This document shows positions 19,301-26,971 of a stretch of DNA of 63,954 nucleotides, in pieces (position 1 is the stretch's first letter; the number at the start of each line of letters is the position of its first letter). The translations under genes were made by a program, and so were the position numbers. This DNA comes from a virus (Duplodnaviria > Caudoviricetes): IMG/VR virus record IMGVR_UViG_3300004154_000014, positions 1 through 63,954 of that record; one strand, given 5' to 3'. The notes below the pieces were generated by a model. That model was not told the DNA's origin. It did no database searches and was given only the letters and a program-made list of their open reading frames with translations.

Positions 19301-20901
19301 TCGGTCAGATCCGCCCGGGTCTGCTGGTCCTGCGGATCGGTGTTGGCCAGCATCTCCTGCAAGCCGGTCAACTGAGCCTGACTGGCCTTGACTTCCTCGT
19401 CGCTGAGGGTGCTGTCGAGGACCTTCTGCAGCTGACCGCGTCTGGCTTCCAGATTTCCGATTACGGCGTCTGCCTGCGCCAGGTTGTCGGCTTGCTTGAG
19501 CGGATCGTCCTTGCCGTCACGGGTCGCCTTGAACAACTCGCCCATCGACTGCAGGGCAGTCTTCTGCGCCGTGGTCACTCCCGATTCCTCGGTAGTACGG
19601 ATGCCGATCTTCTCGCCCTGGCGAGCGGCTTCGGATACCGCCTGGGCACCGCTGGTCATCGCCCCGCCGACCAGCCCGCCGATCGCTGCCCCCTGGTAGA
19701 TGTCCATCGCGGTGGCCGGCTTGTTGGTGGCCACGCCTTCGGCATAGGTCTGGAAGCCCTCGGTGGCTGCCTCACTGCCCGTACCCTTGATGGTGGCACC
19801 GACACCGCGGCCTGCCGAAGCCAGCAAGGTATCGGCACCGGCCTTGGTACCCGCCTTGCCAAACATCCCAAGGATCGAGGCATCGCCGACCAGCTCGGCA
19901 GCCCCGGCAGCCAGCGCATGCCCGGCCATCGAGTAGAGCTGATCCTCCGGTGGCAGCGCGCCATCGTTCTGCTTGGCGTAGTTCTCGATCCCCTGGCTGA
20001 AGGTGTCCAGGGCGTAGCTGCCGTTCATCGCAGTCATCGCCAGCTTGCCGGTGGCGCTCACCGCCAGCTGGGGAATGTTCTCGGTCAGGTAGCTGCGCAC
20101 CCCGTCCGGATTGTTGATCCCGGCCTTGATCGCATTGACCATCAGATCGGCTGCTGCCGGCACACCCTCGCGCAGGCCCTGAACCACTTCGCCGTCGCTG
20201 AGCTTGTCCCAGGCCTTGCCCAGGGTCTTGAGGTTTTCCTTGCTGCCCCCGGCAGCCAGATCGCTGGTCAGGTTGTTGCGCGATTCGTTCCAGACCAAAC
20301 CAGAGAGGTCGAAGAAGTTGCGCACCTTGCCCGAGGCTTCGCGCAGGGTCCGGGCATTGTCGAGGACCTCGCGGTTGTTGGTGCCGAGGTTCTGCGGCTG
20401 ATCGAGCAGGGTCTTGTCCTGCGCGGCCTGGGCATTCTCCGCGGCCCGCACGGCATCCATCTGTGGATCGGCGATCGGAGTAATGCCGTGACCGGTGTCC
20501 ATCGGCTGACCGAAGCCCTGCTGCTCGCGGGACCAAGCCTGACGTGCCGCCTCTGGGGTGTTGAATTCCTGGATTGCCGCGACCGCTTCCAGAGGCGCAG
20601 CCACCCCCCAGCCGGCCAGTCGGCTCAGGCCATTGAGCAACTCGGCCGATGCATTGACCGCCGTGCCGGCATAGCCTTCGGGATCGATACCGAAGTCCTG
20701 AACCACCTGACCGAGCAGAGAATCGTTAAGGTTGCGCTGATATTGCGCCTGGGTTGCCTGGAGGGCCTGCACTTTGCGCTGCTGCGCCTCGGCGACCTTC
20801 TGACGTTTGGAAGCGAACTCCCCCCGAGAGGGAGGAGCATAAGGATTGTCCTGATTCGACAGTGCAGCGAAATAGGCGTCTACATCAAATTGATCGGCCA
20901 T
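10351..20901 (-). CDS. Virion-encapsidated RNA polymerase (N4 gp50-like vRNAP), 3516 aa
   Basis: Size; apparently Cys-free by eye; motifs GEVDGVTNG (A), RKMIKTPLTAMVFGSG (B), LNLHDA (C), NPQTSKVHR. Confidence 0.97.
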   Translation of the reverse strand: MADQFDVDAYFAALSNQDNPYAPPSRGEFASKRQKVAEAQQRKVQALQATQAQYQRNLNDSLLGQVVQDFGIDPEGYAGTAVNASAELLNGLSRLAGWGVAAPLEAVAAIQEFNTPEAARQAWSREQQGFGQPMDTGHGITPIADPQMDAVRAAENAQAAQDKTLLDQPQNLGTNNREVLDNARTLREASGKVRNFFDLSGLVWNESRNNLTSDLAAGGSKENLKTLGKAWDKLSDGEVVQGLREGVPAAADLMVNAIKAGINNPDGVRSYLTENIPQLAVSATGKLAMTAMNGSYALDTFSQGIENYAKQNDGALPPEDQLYSMAGHALAAGAAELVGDASILGMFGKAGTKAGADTLLASAGRGVGATIKGTGSEAATEGFQTYAEGVATNKPATAMDIYQGAAIGGLVGGAMTSGAQAVSEAARQGEKIGIRTTEESGVTTAQKTALQSMGELFKATRDGKDDPLKQADNLAQADAVIGNLEARRGQLQKVLDSTLSDEEVKASQAQLTGLQEMLANTDPQDQQTRADLTESIDLVKATLDDHRKTAGDATKQRKEVAALDKSLSVAREQRARMEALVRPSSEQMDGLLQQVSAPEGEVAPEARQQATDQVITLAMRSPGAFSDTQLSELADNETNGLSTPQRQYLRMLSSSRQAENQAKGLQGVNQDVLLGNRKQGYLGISDYRSGFRQAVSSGDPAAARTQIDGLRTFAQVHSVKARQAVQAYRQARSSGESLQMTSAGNGQWEIAPLTLSREELRANGGLEIGARSGPLVDGIVAEAQALRAASRELQAGFDVVFAPAAASVPDQPVPAAGAVPAQEIPATQAPAAGIEPVPVATPAVEQSVQAPVAEAPAPLVPEAVPGEMAAVLDQSPVESTPVEEQPVGDAPAETRKGTLSLFQRDSGLDYRTGNRTAQQFEQRAGRANAATLRPLASVGDFLGALREGRAILEDFLGFAPDDKQLGVIGKFRELAGDWRQEIQANLFQRPANQREHNYKDPIQDFLDENGLIDENLATAISYAAFSWVAENASKPSNTADEINAILGRDDDAYVTPAMVAALGHVGSREKLAVLSFGQRVMEALGLQPKANAFVNEQSRLEQALGAQVMALLVQQKLVQRSEVSQATLDRFTLTKEAQAQRPAKEWEEVGKRRVYFLRIAREPGTREASKLATSIYKSSVGTQGVLGKLFGTEDGMIEPSFEPIPFTQQFAKRTNQEVPQELAMALEKVQSTPFFVRQDNWKLWQKLDRQTLLELAGGVGVDGKQLHKEHRASTIAKNDDLLRQIENFDDFVHQLTSDSEDDIGFGMYFETSVWKPQRVGFKTNLVNPQTSKVHRHMLYMKDWETEITVDDEASMEGFKLQVAEGLGIKTDKMANLESLEKLQGLLADPVIRAGVSALRKGLYGEGELTSAEQDRIRLAVAKGGENFHSFDALVGLVHYAQAKATGQKTFTVQMMGEVDGVTNGPMLSLFAMGAASFQTLNRGGFYSLTDGTRNYNLWRGQGGNLDLYEATIAKVNEGLQRMVEQSPNLRSMLEGIYRLTGKPYNDSDGKVTSDGRKMIKTPLTAMVFGSGIDNAISNMADEFVDKFYVNLEKLANGGDPTKLRPLLETVNLLLAQAKHKSAKLDTAMTLEQAMEFSLSPQQVAALRNVFVNTVGVSVADTLRGNFAVFIERRHVFNQTAQAAFGLFDGAYRHYRDKARKGIETVIRDKQPTPIHDITRQQDQDIRNQLSKLAPVLHTAMSRASDNLASGLYLTKRGTSLTDDLAYSIETKFGRELALTGMDGKPSAFSTGRFSGIARGDESPGVSPMILDTHSLDSATAVGVYGKMDVLNLHDAGGTGVGRMQEMARAYNASLYDRLIGYSGPLEIQEVWERSIVGALDLLARDNSPGLRESMAAALQSVMTRMGKEVVEEYVNSGLGPAEFVLQRVTRMAYDAQWAKLDNAANLAIVDQYAFEGGAYEVTEEQRQEARRLQAELSPQVRESMRLQAAELDALLPGRPVEASTELQEDQAVPIQAPASVPQVTAVAAAARAPNVLTEVQARVVEVQQQMLEHNQALETAANEVLAPREAAYVLQAVTEQAREAVNHWGELGTPLFEVDAELEQALAAQPEMPVGRVMGLLKGRLTGANAELLKAVAKVIDRNLTVRYVTPATDPTVSASQGVTGFRGWYEVRNGQGQIFVKGAQFRHAGINAELLLHELVHASIAGVIQRGQDGSSPQVWELVRNLEEIRRKAAAYVNEQGLGNQFGPAVANVDELVAWGMTNQDFQEQVLKRITLNQSTAKNSLITGVNAFIRTLIDLLFAGSGLSPQKVHKTGMALLVKNVSGLYKEASLRPAVGVRTLAMASPSAQAATAALELGTVEIFEALEQYGQTVLNGTRRERLLGLLDGIVTELHGPFGSFKVQRQQNQALTPTDVYLKTLYTGQLPFASASLASGLPFSEAEAYVLEQVEATVKAALEQENGVSSVAYRRLQELFREARQQVKPEDFYAGDWFLASPVAKQTAQGQWDFVFKASAGSKGRSDYLARFVALGLVYEPLQAKMGQLTAEVAVRDWAAMGWFEKLRSLFEDLLDGLGNKLANVSAGERQDIRLGNLVDQLVDIEAKRRYALMQRSQGTLADRFDSLLESASKEVRSHLETLGKTKFFRESSQGIIRVMGKLPGAAAPARLNYLMDGLQRLRDAHFPGRLGVVAGLVNETRGASEATQYAYTLSRVTKQLEQQRKGIIGDVSKLIAESYANEGEDLTREHKTALSKVLLRTDLQALLDGYGIEGIARLINDPQELEKTLAEHIARVRKLGQMGRYYIRQVKDLAYYKATGLVVGPHVMSNTLNIASLAGTPRAGKLSQAEVELAVPALDSLQALLALSYTDMAYRAMAGQVLNSELARGNENGALLTLLTHRELQKQSAQRLFGGSEALRLQGFVPEIFNPNTDLQVAGGQVADQLVASGYVRLEHPVHVDPADPDQALRYVHVLKHGGTQAYQSGVISFTGDKTRGRELHSGVNSFLTEQPSKYRTRLNGRVARQRAQEIAALFAASEAYHPGKSTQRRMLPVVNAQGQVVNYRYMMSEENKDRLLERTDTMDQVLGVMAGNLFDKESGREQNDRTVEALHEQYLKEYAERPEAYVEVSPTSPDSEAREAWIMLPQQTKEKIRAVWGEDLMLVRSDLLDLVFGYRKPSLSSAFDKDPELRSTWENLVVMFGEAVFGEKAAVRIRQGEGIVETLVGEAKDIIVVKSGLTLLGNMQSNLTQLLWEGVSPADVLKHHRIALQGALAYRRDTHELVKLQSMLDAGYLVGGVDELRQRVVELRDALARNPVGKLIEEGLLPSIVEDVSVEDDPYSYRGQALAYLEKKTRNLPGFVKDLGKTLYVAHDTPLYRLLGQGTQLSDFMARYTLYQHLVGRSNQPMAHEQAVETVSDAFINYDIPSHRVIQYLNDKGILMFTKYYIRIQKVLLRMFRENPAKALMLGTLEGYFSSMQSVMDGHVFNQFGNPLNGSVLKYPESLDELVTLKVGMGLFSE

Positions 20902-20933
20902 CTCTAAGTCCTGGATAAAGATGGCCGCTAGTG

Positions 20934-22529
20934 TCAGTTATTCAACAGGGAATTCAAAAATTCGCGTTCAGAATTGCGAATACCGTTCTCCTGATTAAAG
21001 CGAGTTCCGATGGAACGGGTATTGCCGATATGGGTACTCGTCTCACTGCGGATCTGTTGTTGGTGAACATTGAAGGCATTGATCCCTTCCTGGTACTTCG
21101 AGAGGAAGTTGGGATCTTGCTTGACCAACTGTTCGGCCAACTTTGTGAAGTCCGCACCGACACCACTGTAATTGTCCTTGACCTGGTTGAGAATCAACTG
21201 AGCCATCCCCGGCGTTACGGTGATATGTTCGCTACTGCCATCCTTCTGCTTGATCTCGATCCCCGTATTGAGCGCATTCATCACGCTCTTGACCAGGTCT
21301 TCCCGTTCGCCACTGTTGAGCCCCACCGGATCGAACTTGCTCGAGTCGCCGATGAAGCTGGTCAGGTCGGCTGCCGTGGCATAGGGATCGAAGGCCTTGT
21401 CCGCCGCATACGGGTTGCCTTCCTTGAGGCGCTGGTACTCGCGGTCGATCGAGGCCACCGCACTTTCGTAGCGGGTGTTCTCCGGCGTCAAGGTCTTGTC
21501 CAGGCGGGCCTTGTCCTCCGGGGTGTAGCGGATACCCTGACCCACCAGTCCGGCCACCTGCTGCCCGGCCTGAACCATGGTCGAGACCGGCAGGTGCGGG
21601 ATGGTCGCCAGCTGGCGCTGCAGGGTATCCAGCACCGAGGTACTCGAGGGAGGCGGTGCAACCCCGGCGGCCTTGAGCGCCTGACCGAAGGCCTGGGTCT
21701 GGGCGATGGTCATGTTCTGGCGGTCCACCGTGCCGTTGATCATCGGCATGCCCATCTCGGTGCCGAGCTTGTTGATGGTGTCCCAGGTCGCCTGATCGGC
21801 GTTGAGCTGGGTCGCCACAGTGCTCTGCAACAGCTGGGTGGCCGCATCCTCGGCCTGGTTGCGCTCCTTCTGCCGCCCGCGCTCGTACTGGTTCCAGGCC
21901 AGCCCTTCCCGGCCGATCTGCATCTGCAGGCTGTGGCTGGCGCCGGCCCGGGCATTGGCCTGCTCAGCGCGCGATTCCCCGGCGGCCTTGTAGCGGCGGT
22001 CGAGCTGGTTGCCCTCGATGGCGTAGATGTCACCCAGCACCGCGGCATTGTTCATCAGGTCGGCGGAACTGGCCTGCTGCCGGGCACCCTGCACGTCACC
22101 TCCTCTGGCTTGGGTAAGGACGCTGTCGATGAACTCCCGTTCGTTGCGGGTGCGCTGGGCATCCTGGAAGCGCGCCGTCTGGTCGAGCTGCTGCTGCAGG
22201 GCCGAGACCCGGACATCGCCGGCGCCCCGCACCGCCTTCGCATCGATATTGCCTCCCAGCTGACTGCGCAGCTGGGTCAGTGCTCCGCCGGCGCCCATAG
22301 CCTGTTGTAGCTGGGCTGGATCGGTGTACCCGCTGACCGCATCCAGGTAGGTGTTGGTGTTGTTCTCCCCCTGGATCTGCCAGTTGGTATCGGCCAGCGT
22401 GCGCTGGTTCTCGATAGCCTTGCCGAGTGCCCCGAAGCCAGAATTGAAACTCTGTTGGGCACCGGCGAGGAGGGCTGCCGGGTTCAATCCGGCGGACCCG
22501 ACGTTCCGCCAGGTGATAGGTTCGGCCAT
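20934..22529 (-). CDS. Virion internal/ejection protein (N4 gp51-like)
   Basis: MAEPITWRNV N-terminus; position just upstream of vRNAP. Confidence 0.75.
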   Translation of the reverse strand: MAEPITWRNVGSAGLNPAALLAGAQQSFNSGFGALGKAIENQRTLADTNWQIQGENNTNTYLDAVSGYTDPAQLQQAMGAGGALTQLRSQLGGNIDAKAVRGAGDVRVSALQQQLDQTARFQDAQRTRNEREFIDSVLTQARGGDVQGARQQASSADLMNNAAVLGDIYAIEGNQLDRRYKAAGESRAEQANARAGASHSLQMQIGREGLAWNQYERGRQKERNQAEDAATQLLQSTVATQLNADQATWDTINKLGTEMGMPMINGTVDRQNMTIAQTQAFGQALKAAGVAPPPSSTSVLDTLQRQLATIPHLPVSTMVQAGQQVAGLVGQGIRYTPEDKARLDKTLTPENTRYESAVASIDREYQRLKEGNPYAADKAFDPYATAADLTSFIGDSSKFDPVGLNSGEREDLVKSVMNALNTGIEIKQKDGSSEHITVTPGMAQLILNQVKDNYSGVGADFTKLAEQLVKQDPNFLSKYQEGINAFNVHQQQIRSETSTHIGNTRSIGTRFNQENGIRNSEREFLNSLLNN

Positions 22530-22532
22530 GGT

Positions 22533-23051
22533 TTAGACCCCGTTTTGCTTCATGTACTCGGACACCGACTGATAGGCCCCCGGATTGCTCGCTACGCGAG
22601 CCCGCTGGCGATCTTCCAGGGCGGTGTTGACGGTCTGGCGCTGGGTGTTGAAGTTCAGGTTGAACTGGCGCTGCTGCTCGTCGAAGGACTGCTTGGCCAG
22701 CTGGTACTGCTGGTAGCCCATGAAGGCTCCACCGATTCCCTGCGCCGCACCCAGGGCCAGGTTGCCCCAGCCGTTGACCTGCATGCGGGTAGTCGGATCG
22801 CGGTAGCCCACCAGCTGGTCGAGGAAACTCGGTTGCCAGCCGGCCCCGGCGCCTGCCACCGCAGCAGCCCCTGCTTGCTGACCGTTGGATGCCAGGGCAT
22901 TGCCCCAGACACTTCCGCCGATATTGAGCGGAGAGGCTGCCGCTTCCACCGGGGAATAACTTCCCGGCGCCACGCCATTATTATTTCCGCCCGCATTGAA
23001 CCAACTCCCGACATTGGAAGTTAGGTTCGGAATGAAATCAGACAATGCCAT
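22533..23051 (-). CDS. Virion structural/ejection protein (N4 gp52-like)
   Basis: Gly/Ala-rich; C-terminal NTALEDRQRARVASNPGAYQSVSEYM; synteny. Confidence 0.75.
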   Translation of the reverse strand: MALSDFIPNLTSNVGSWFNAGGNNNGVAPGSYSPVEAAASPLNIGGSVWGNALASNGQQAGAAAVAGAGAGWQPSFLDQLVGYRDPTTRMQVNGWGNLALGAAQGIGGAFMGYQQYQLAKQSFDEQQRQFNLNFNTQRQTVNTALEDRQRARVASNPGAYQSVSEYMKQNGV

Positions 23052-25347
23052 TGAAGTGTTCCCCCAGCGTGTCGTTGATACTGGGCAGTTGCAACTGCAA
23101 GTCGTAATACTCCGACATTGCGGCAATACCCAGGGAGCCTATGTTACCTGCGTGGACCGTCCGCAAATAAAAATTCGCCGGTGTTTCATTAAGCAAGGTC
23201 ATCGGCTGCAAGTTGACCATCTCCAGCGGATCAATAGTGATTCCGGTATCGAGCAACTTGCGGGTTTCGTCGAGCAGATCCTGTTGTTCCAGGGCGTAGT
23301 CCTGGAAGTCCATCATGTCGTCCTGCAGCCCGGTAAGGTCTTCTTGGTAGGCCTGCGCCGAAGCCCGGGTCAATCCGTTGGAGGCCTGCAAGAGATTCTG
23401 CGCCCAGGTCGCGCTGTTGGGCATGTCGCTACCGAAGTAGACCGCCGCCGCCACCACCGCGGCGATGGCCCCGACCACCAGCGCTACGTCGCCTCCCACC
23501 GCTTCGGTGAACAGTTTGAGGCCGTACTGGATGACGATTGACATCACCAACCGGGTAAGGATCGCCGCCGCCAGGGCGGAGGCCGTCATCGAAGCCAGGG
23601 CAGTCCAGATCGCCGAGGCCCCACCCATCGAGACCACCGTGACCACGATCGCCACCACGATCACCACGGCCTTGAACCAGCCGCTCTGGTACCACTTCAC
23701 CTTGATGGTGATCCGGGTATTGAAGACGTAGTGCATCGAGCGGGCATACAGCTCCTCCCGGTCGATCAGCTGGACGGTGTCGATCAGCGCCCGGTCGATC
23801 GGAATCAGCAGGCAGTCGTCCCCGGTCTTGCCGGTGTAGGTGTGCTTGCCGTAGATGTGGTAGCGCAGTCGCGGATCGTAGACCACGATCTCGTCGTAGT
23901 AGAGCGCGTTGATCTGCCGGCGGTACCAGTGGTGATCGGTGTTGACGGTGGTCGGAACCACCACGGTAGAGCCATCCGACTTGCGCTTGATGTAGCTGCT
24001 GGTGACGTACTTGCTGCCGGTGCCGCTGGAGTGCGAGCCCACTGCTCCGATGCTGCCGGCGATCCGTCGCTTGCCGATTCCCCGGTAGCTCAGGGTGAAC
24101 TTGAAGGCCTGGTCCTGGAAGACGATCGCCTGACCTGCCCGCGAGGTGTAGGCGTCGTAGGCACCGGTTGCTCCGACCAGGTCCACCGGCTGGGCCGAGT
24201 TGAAATAGAGCAGGTCGAAGTGGTCGAACAGGTAGCTTCGCTCCACCTCGCTGGTAGCGTTGGCCGGTACCGCAAAGACCATGATCGCCTGTTCGATGTC
24301 GTTGATGTCGGGGTTCTCATGGATCGCATCGACGGTCGCCTGGAAGTCCATGTCGAGCTTGCGCAGCATCTCCTTGGAGGTCTTGTAGAGGTCGGTGTTG
24401 CGCACCGCCGTGCGGCCCATGTTCTCGTCGTCGAGCCGGAAGTAGACGAAGGGGAAGTAGCGCCCCAGCTCGGCGTAACTGGTGTTGCGGATGTTGTCGA
24501 CCGCCGGATAGGTGCCGGCCCCGTCGAGGTAGGTCCAGAACCCGGTATGCCAGACCGCCACCTCGGGCGTCATGCCCACCGCCGGGGTGATCACTTCCTT
24601 CCAGCGGTAGCGCACCTGGTAGTAGTCAGCGTCCTCATCGAAACCAGAGATAGGAATCTGCAGGGTGGCAGACCGCGCGGCTGCCCCCGGCGCGGTCTGC
24701 CAGACGTAGCGCACTTCCACGTAGTCCTCGGTGCCGTCCTCGTCGACCTGCCAGGGCGTGAAGCTGCGGTACTCCCCCAGGGCACCGCCGACCTGGGCCG
24801 GGCGCTGGGGCGTATAGCCGGCCCGGGGCGAGGTGCCCCACTGGTCCAGTTCCCCCGGATCGGCCTCGTCGATGGTTGCCTGCGAGTACACCGCGATCAT
24901 GTCGTCGAGGTAGACCGGACTGCCCACACTGGCAGAGAGCACCGTCAGCTCGTTGCTGTCGGCCACGTAGCCGTAGCTCTCGACCAGGGCCTGCCAGGCG
25001 ACGTGCAGGGAATTGATCCCGGCGAACTGGAAATAGTCGGTGGTGACGGTGTGGCCGATCAGCAGTTCGATGGTTTGCTCGACGATGTCCTGGCCTTCCA
25101 GGCTGGTGGTCAGCGTGCTGTACGGCAAGCCCAGGGGATAGTGATCCTCGGCATAGTCGTAGAACCGCTCGGCCTTGAACGCCATCGAGGCCACCAGATC
25201 CTCAAGCAGGTAGGCGGAAATATCGCCGTCCTGCATGATCGCCTTGATCACCCCGGTCTTGCTCGACTGGGGCAGCTGGTCGTCCTCGATGATCCGCATG
25301 ACCTCGGTGTGGACGACGGTCTTCTTCTTGCTGCCGAACAGGCCCAT
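23038..25347 (-). CDS. Virion structural protein (N4 gp53-like)
   Basis: MGLFGSKKKT start, KVKWYQSGWFK followed by hydrophobic segments; synteny. Confidence 0.75.
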   Translation of the reverse strand: MGLFGSKKKTVVHTEVMRIIEDDQLPQSSKTGVIKAIMQDGDISAYLLEDLVASMAFKAERFYDYAEDHYPLGLPYSTLTTSLEGQDIVEQTIELLIGHTVTTDYFQFAGINSLHVAWQALVESYGYVADSNELTVLSASVGSPVYLDDMIAVYSQATIDEADPGELDQWGTSPRAGYTPQRPAQVGGALGEYRSFTPWQVDEDGTEDYVEVRYVWQTAPGAAARSATLQIPISGFDEDADYYQVRYRWKEVITPAVGMTPEVAVWHTGFWTYLDGAGTYPAVDNIRNTSYAELGRYFPFVYFRLDDENMGRTAVRNTDLYKTSKEMLRKLDMDFQATVDAIHENPDINDIEQAIMVFAVPANATSEVERSYLFDHFDLLYFNSAQPVDLVGATGAYDAYTSRAGQAIVFQDQAFKFTLSYRGIGKRRIAGSIGAVGSHSSGTGSKYVTSSYIKRKSDGSTVVVPTTVNTDHHWYRRQINALYYDEIVVYDPRLRYHIYGKHTYTGKTGDDCLLIPIDRALIDTVQLIDREELYARSMHYVFNTRITIKVKWYQSGWFKAVVIVVAIVVTVVSMGGASAIWTALASMTASALAAAILTRLVMSIVIQYGLKLFTEAVGGDVALVVGAIAAVVAAAVYFGSDMPNSATWAQNLLQASNGLTRASAQAYQEDLTGLQDDMMDFQDYALEQQDLLDETRKLLDTGITIDPLEMVNLQPMTLLNETPANFYLRTVHAGNIGSLGIAAMSEYYDLQLQLPSINDTLGEHFNGIV

Positions 25348-25363
25348 GAAATCTCCCCCCATG

Positions 25364-25389
25364 AAAAAAGGGGAGCCAGGCTCCCCTTG
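25364..25389 (-). terminator. Rho-independent terminator
   Basis: GGGGAGCC/GGCTCCCC stem + T-run on minus strand. Confidence 0.65.
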
Positions 25390-25405
25390 TTCGTTGCTAC
25401 CTGGC

Positions 25406-26323
25406 TTAGAGGCCGACGCTGCTCAGCAGCCCGTTGATCGCCTGGCCGATCGTCGCATCGTCGAGCTTGTTGGTGCTGTCGGCCACGGTAGCGCTGTCGG
25501 TGGTGCGCCGGACGTTCCAGGTATCGACCAGGAGCTTGACCGCCTTGTGGGTGGCGTCCTGGCCGAAGCCGGTGATCTGCGCCTGATAGAGCCCTTTCTG
25601 GCGCCCGATGACCGAGTTCTCGTCGACCCCCATCTCGACCGTCTGGGCCTTCTCGGTGGTCTTCTTCTGCTCGATCAGCGCCGTCTCCGACACCGTGCGC
25701 AGCTTCTGCTCCATGGTCAGGTCGTACTCGGCGCGCAGCTTGCACTCCTGGGCGATCAGCACGGTGTTCTCGGTGACCGCATTGGTGGTCTGCTGTTGTG
25801 CCAGGAGCTTTTGCTGATTGACCAGGTTGGTATCGGCGGTGAGCTTGGTCTGCTGGAGCAGCATGGTCGCGTTTTCAGTGACCAGGTTGGTGGTCTGCTG
25901 CTCGGTCTGCAGCTTCTCGCTCTGCAGGTTGAGCAGCTGCTGATTGACCAGCGCGATGTCCACCGAGAGCTTGTCCTGCTGCAGGAGCATGGTCGCATTC
26001 TCGGTCAGCGCATTCAGTCGCTGTTGCTCGAGCAGATCGGTCTGGGCCTGGATCTGCAGGATCTGTGCAGTCTGGGCTTCGATCTGCTTTTGCAGCAGCT
26101 GGGCTTCGAGGTCGGTCTTCTGCTGGTTGAGCAGGAACTGCAGGGAGATGCTGAGCACCTGGTTTAAGCCACCCAGGTACACGTCGGCATACTCCGGACC
26201 CTTGATGCGACCACGCCCGAACTCCTCGTCAAGGTGGGCACGGGCCGCCCGCATCAGGGTATCGAAGACACCATTGCCACCAGTGGCCGCCTGGGTGAGG
26301 TCGGAGATCGTGATCGCAGTCAT
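25406..26323 (-). CDS. Virion structural protein (N4 gp54-like), Gln-rich coiled coil with internal repeats
   Basis: GNGVFDTLM..GRIKGPEYADVYLG; repeated TENATMLLQQ; synteny. Confidence 0.78.
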   Translation of the reverse strand: MTAITISDLTQAATGGNGVFDTLMRAARAHLDEEFGRGRIKGPEYADVYLGGLNQVLSISLQFLLNQQKTDLEAQLLQKQIEAQTAQILQIQAQTDLLEQQRLNALTENATMLLQQDKLSVDIALVNQQLLNLQSEKLQTEQQTTNLVTENATMLLQQTKLTADTNLVNQQKLLAQQQTTNAVTENTVLIAQECKLRAEYDLTMEQKLRTVSETALIEQKKTTEKAQTVEMGVDENSVIGRQKGLYQAQITGFGQDATHKAVKLLVDTWNVRRTTDSATVADSTNKLDDATIGQAINGLLSSVGL

Positions 26324-26327
26324 GGGC

Positions 26328-26912
26328 TTACTCGCCTACCCCGCCGGCCAGGGCCTGCTGGCGGGCCAGCTCGGCGATTTCCTTCTCGGTCAGCGGCGGC
26401 AGGACCTCGATGGCGAACTCGCGGATCAGCTTGCCGCGGCGGGTCTTGAGGCCGTTGTTCGGGCCGCCGCGAAGGATCTCGGTGTAGAACACCTGGCACA
26501 TCCGATCGCGCAGCTGCTCGTAGATGATGTGTGGGACGTGGTACGGCGCACCGTCGAACGGTACGTATTTCTTGAAGGTGCCCACGGCGGCGTTGGACGC
26601 AGTGATCACCTCGCCCGGCCACTCACGCTTGGCGGGGTTCATGCAGGTCAGGCTGATGCGTACCAGGCGAGCCGCTTCGTCTTTCCGGCGCCGGCGAGCA
26701 CGCTCGGGACTCTCGGCGAATTCGACCACCTTGACCTCCTGACTTTCGTCGGGATCAGCCTGGTTGGTCAGGCGGGCATTGAGCTTCTCGCGCAGCTTCT
26801 CCACCCCGATGGAGGGATGAAAGCTGATACCCATCAGGGTGGCACGTTCTTTGAGGACGGTAAGCTCGTCGGGCATTTCCAGTTCAAGCTCATCAACAGG
26901 GGTATCGGTCAT
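26328..26912 (-). CDS. N4 gp55-like protein
   Basis: LKERATLMGISFHPSIGVEKLREK, CMNPAKREWPGE, LPPLTEKE; downstream of capsid gene. Confidence 0.78.
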   Translation of the reverse strand: MTDTPVDELELEMPDELTVLKERATLMGISFHPSIGVEKLREKLNARLTNQADPDESQEVKVVEFAESPERARRRRKDEAARLVRISLTCMNPAKREWPGEVITASNAAVGTFKKYVPFDGAPYHVPHIIYEQLRDRMCQVFYTEILRGGPNNGLKTRRGKLIREFAIEVLPPLTEKEIAELARQQALAGGVGE

Positions 26913-26932
26913 GGCACTGCTCCTGAATCAAG

Positions 26933-26961
26933 AAAAAGGGAGGGGTGGTAACCACCCCTCC
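26933..26961 (-). terminator. Rho-independent terminator after major capsid gene
   Basis: GGAGGGGTGG/CCACCCCTCC stem followed by T-run on minus strand. Confidence 0.75.
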
Positions 26962-26971
26962 GCTTAGAGGG

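Noticed and set aside
10459-20907. Long plus-strand ORFs (473-817 aa) opposite vRNAP, and similar shadow ORFs elsewhere (e.g. 3375-5972, 2965-4731)
   Set aside because: Antisense or alternate-frame shadows of high-GC genes, with no motifs or RBS
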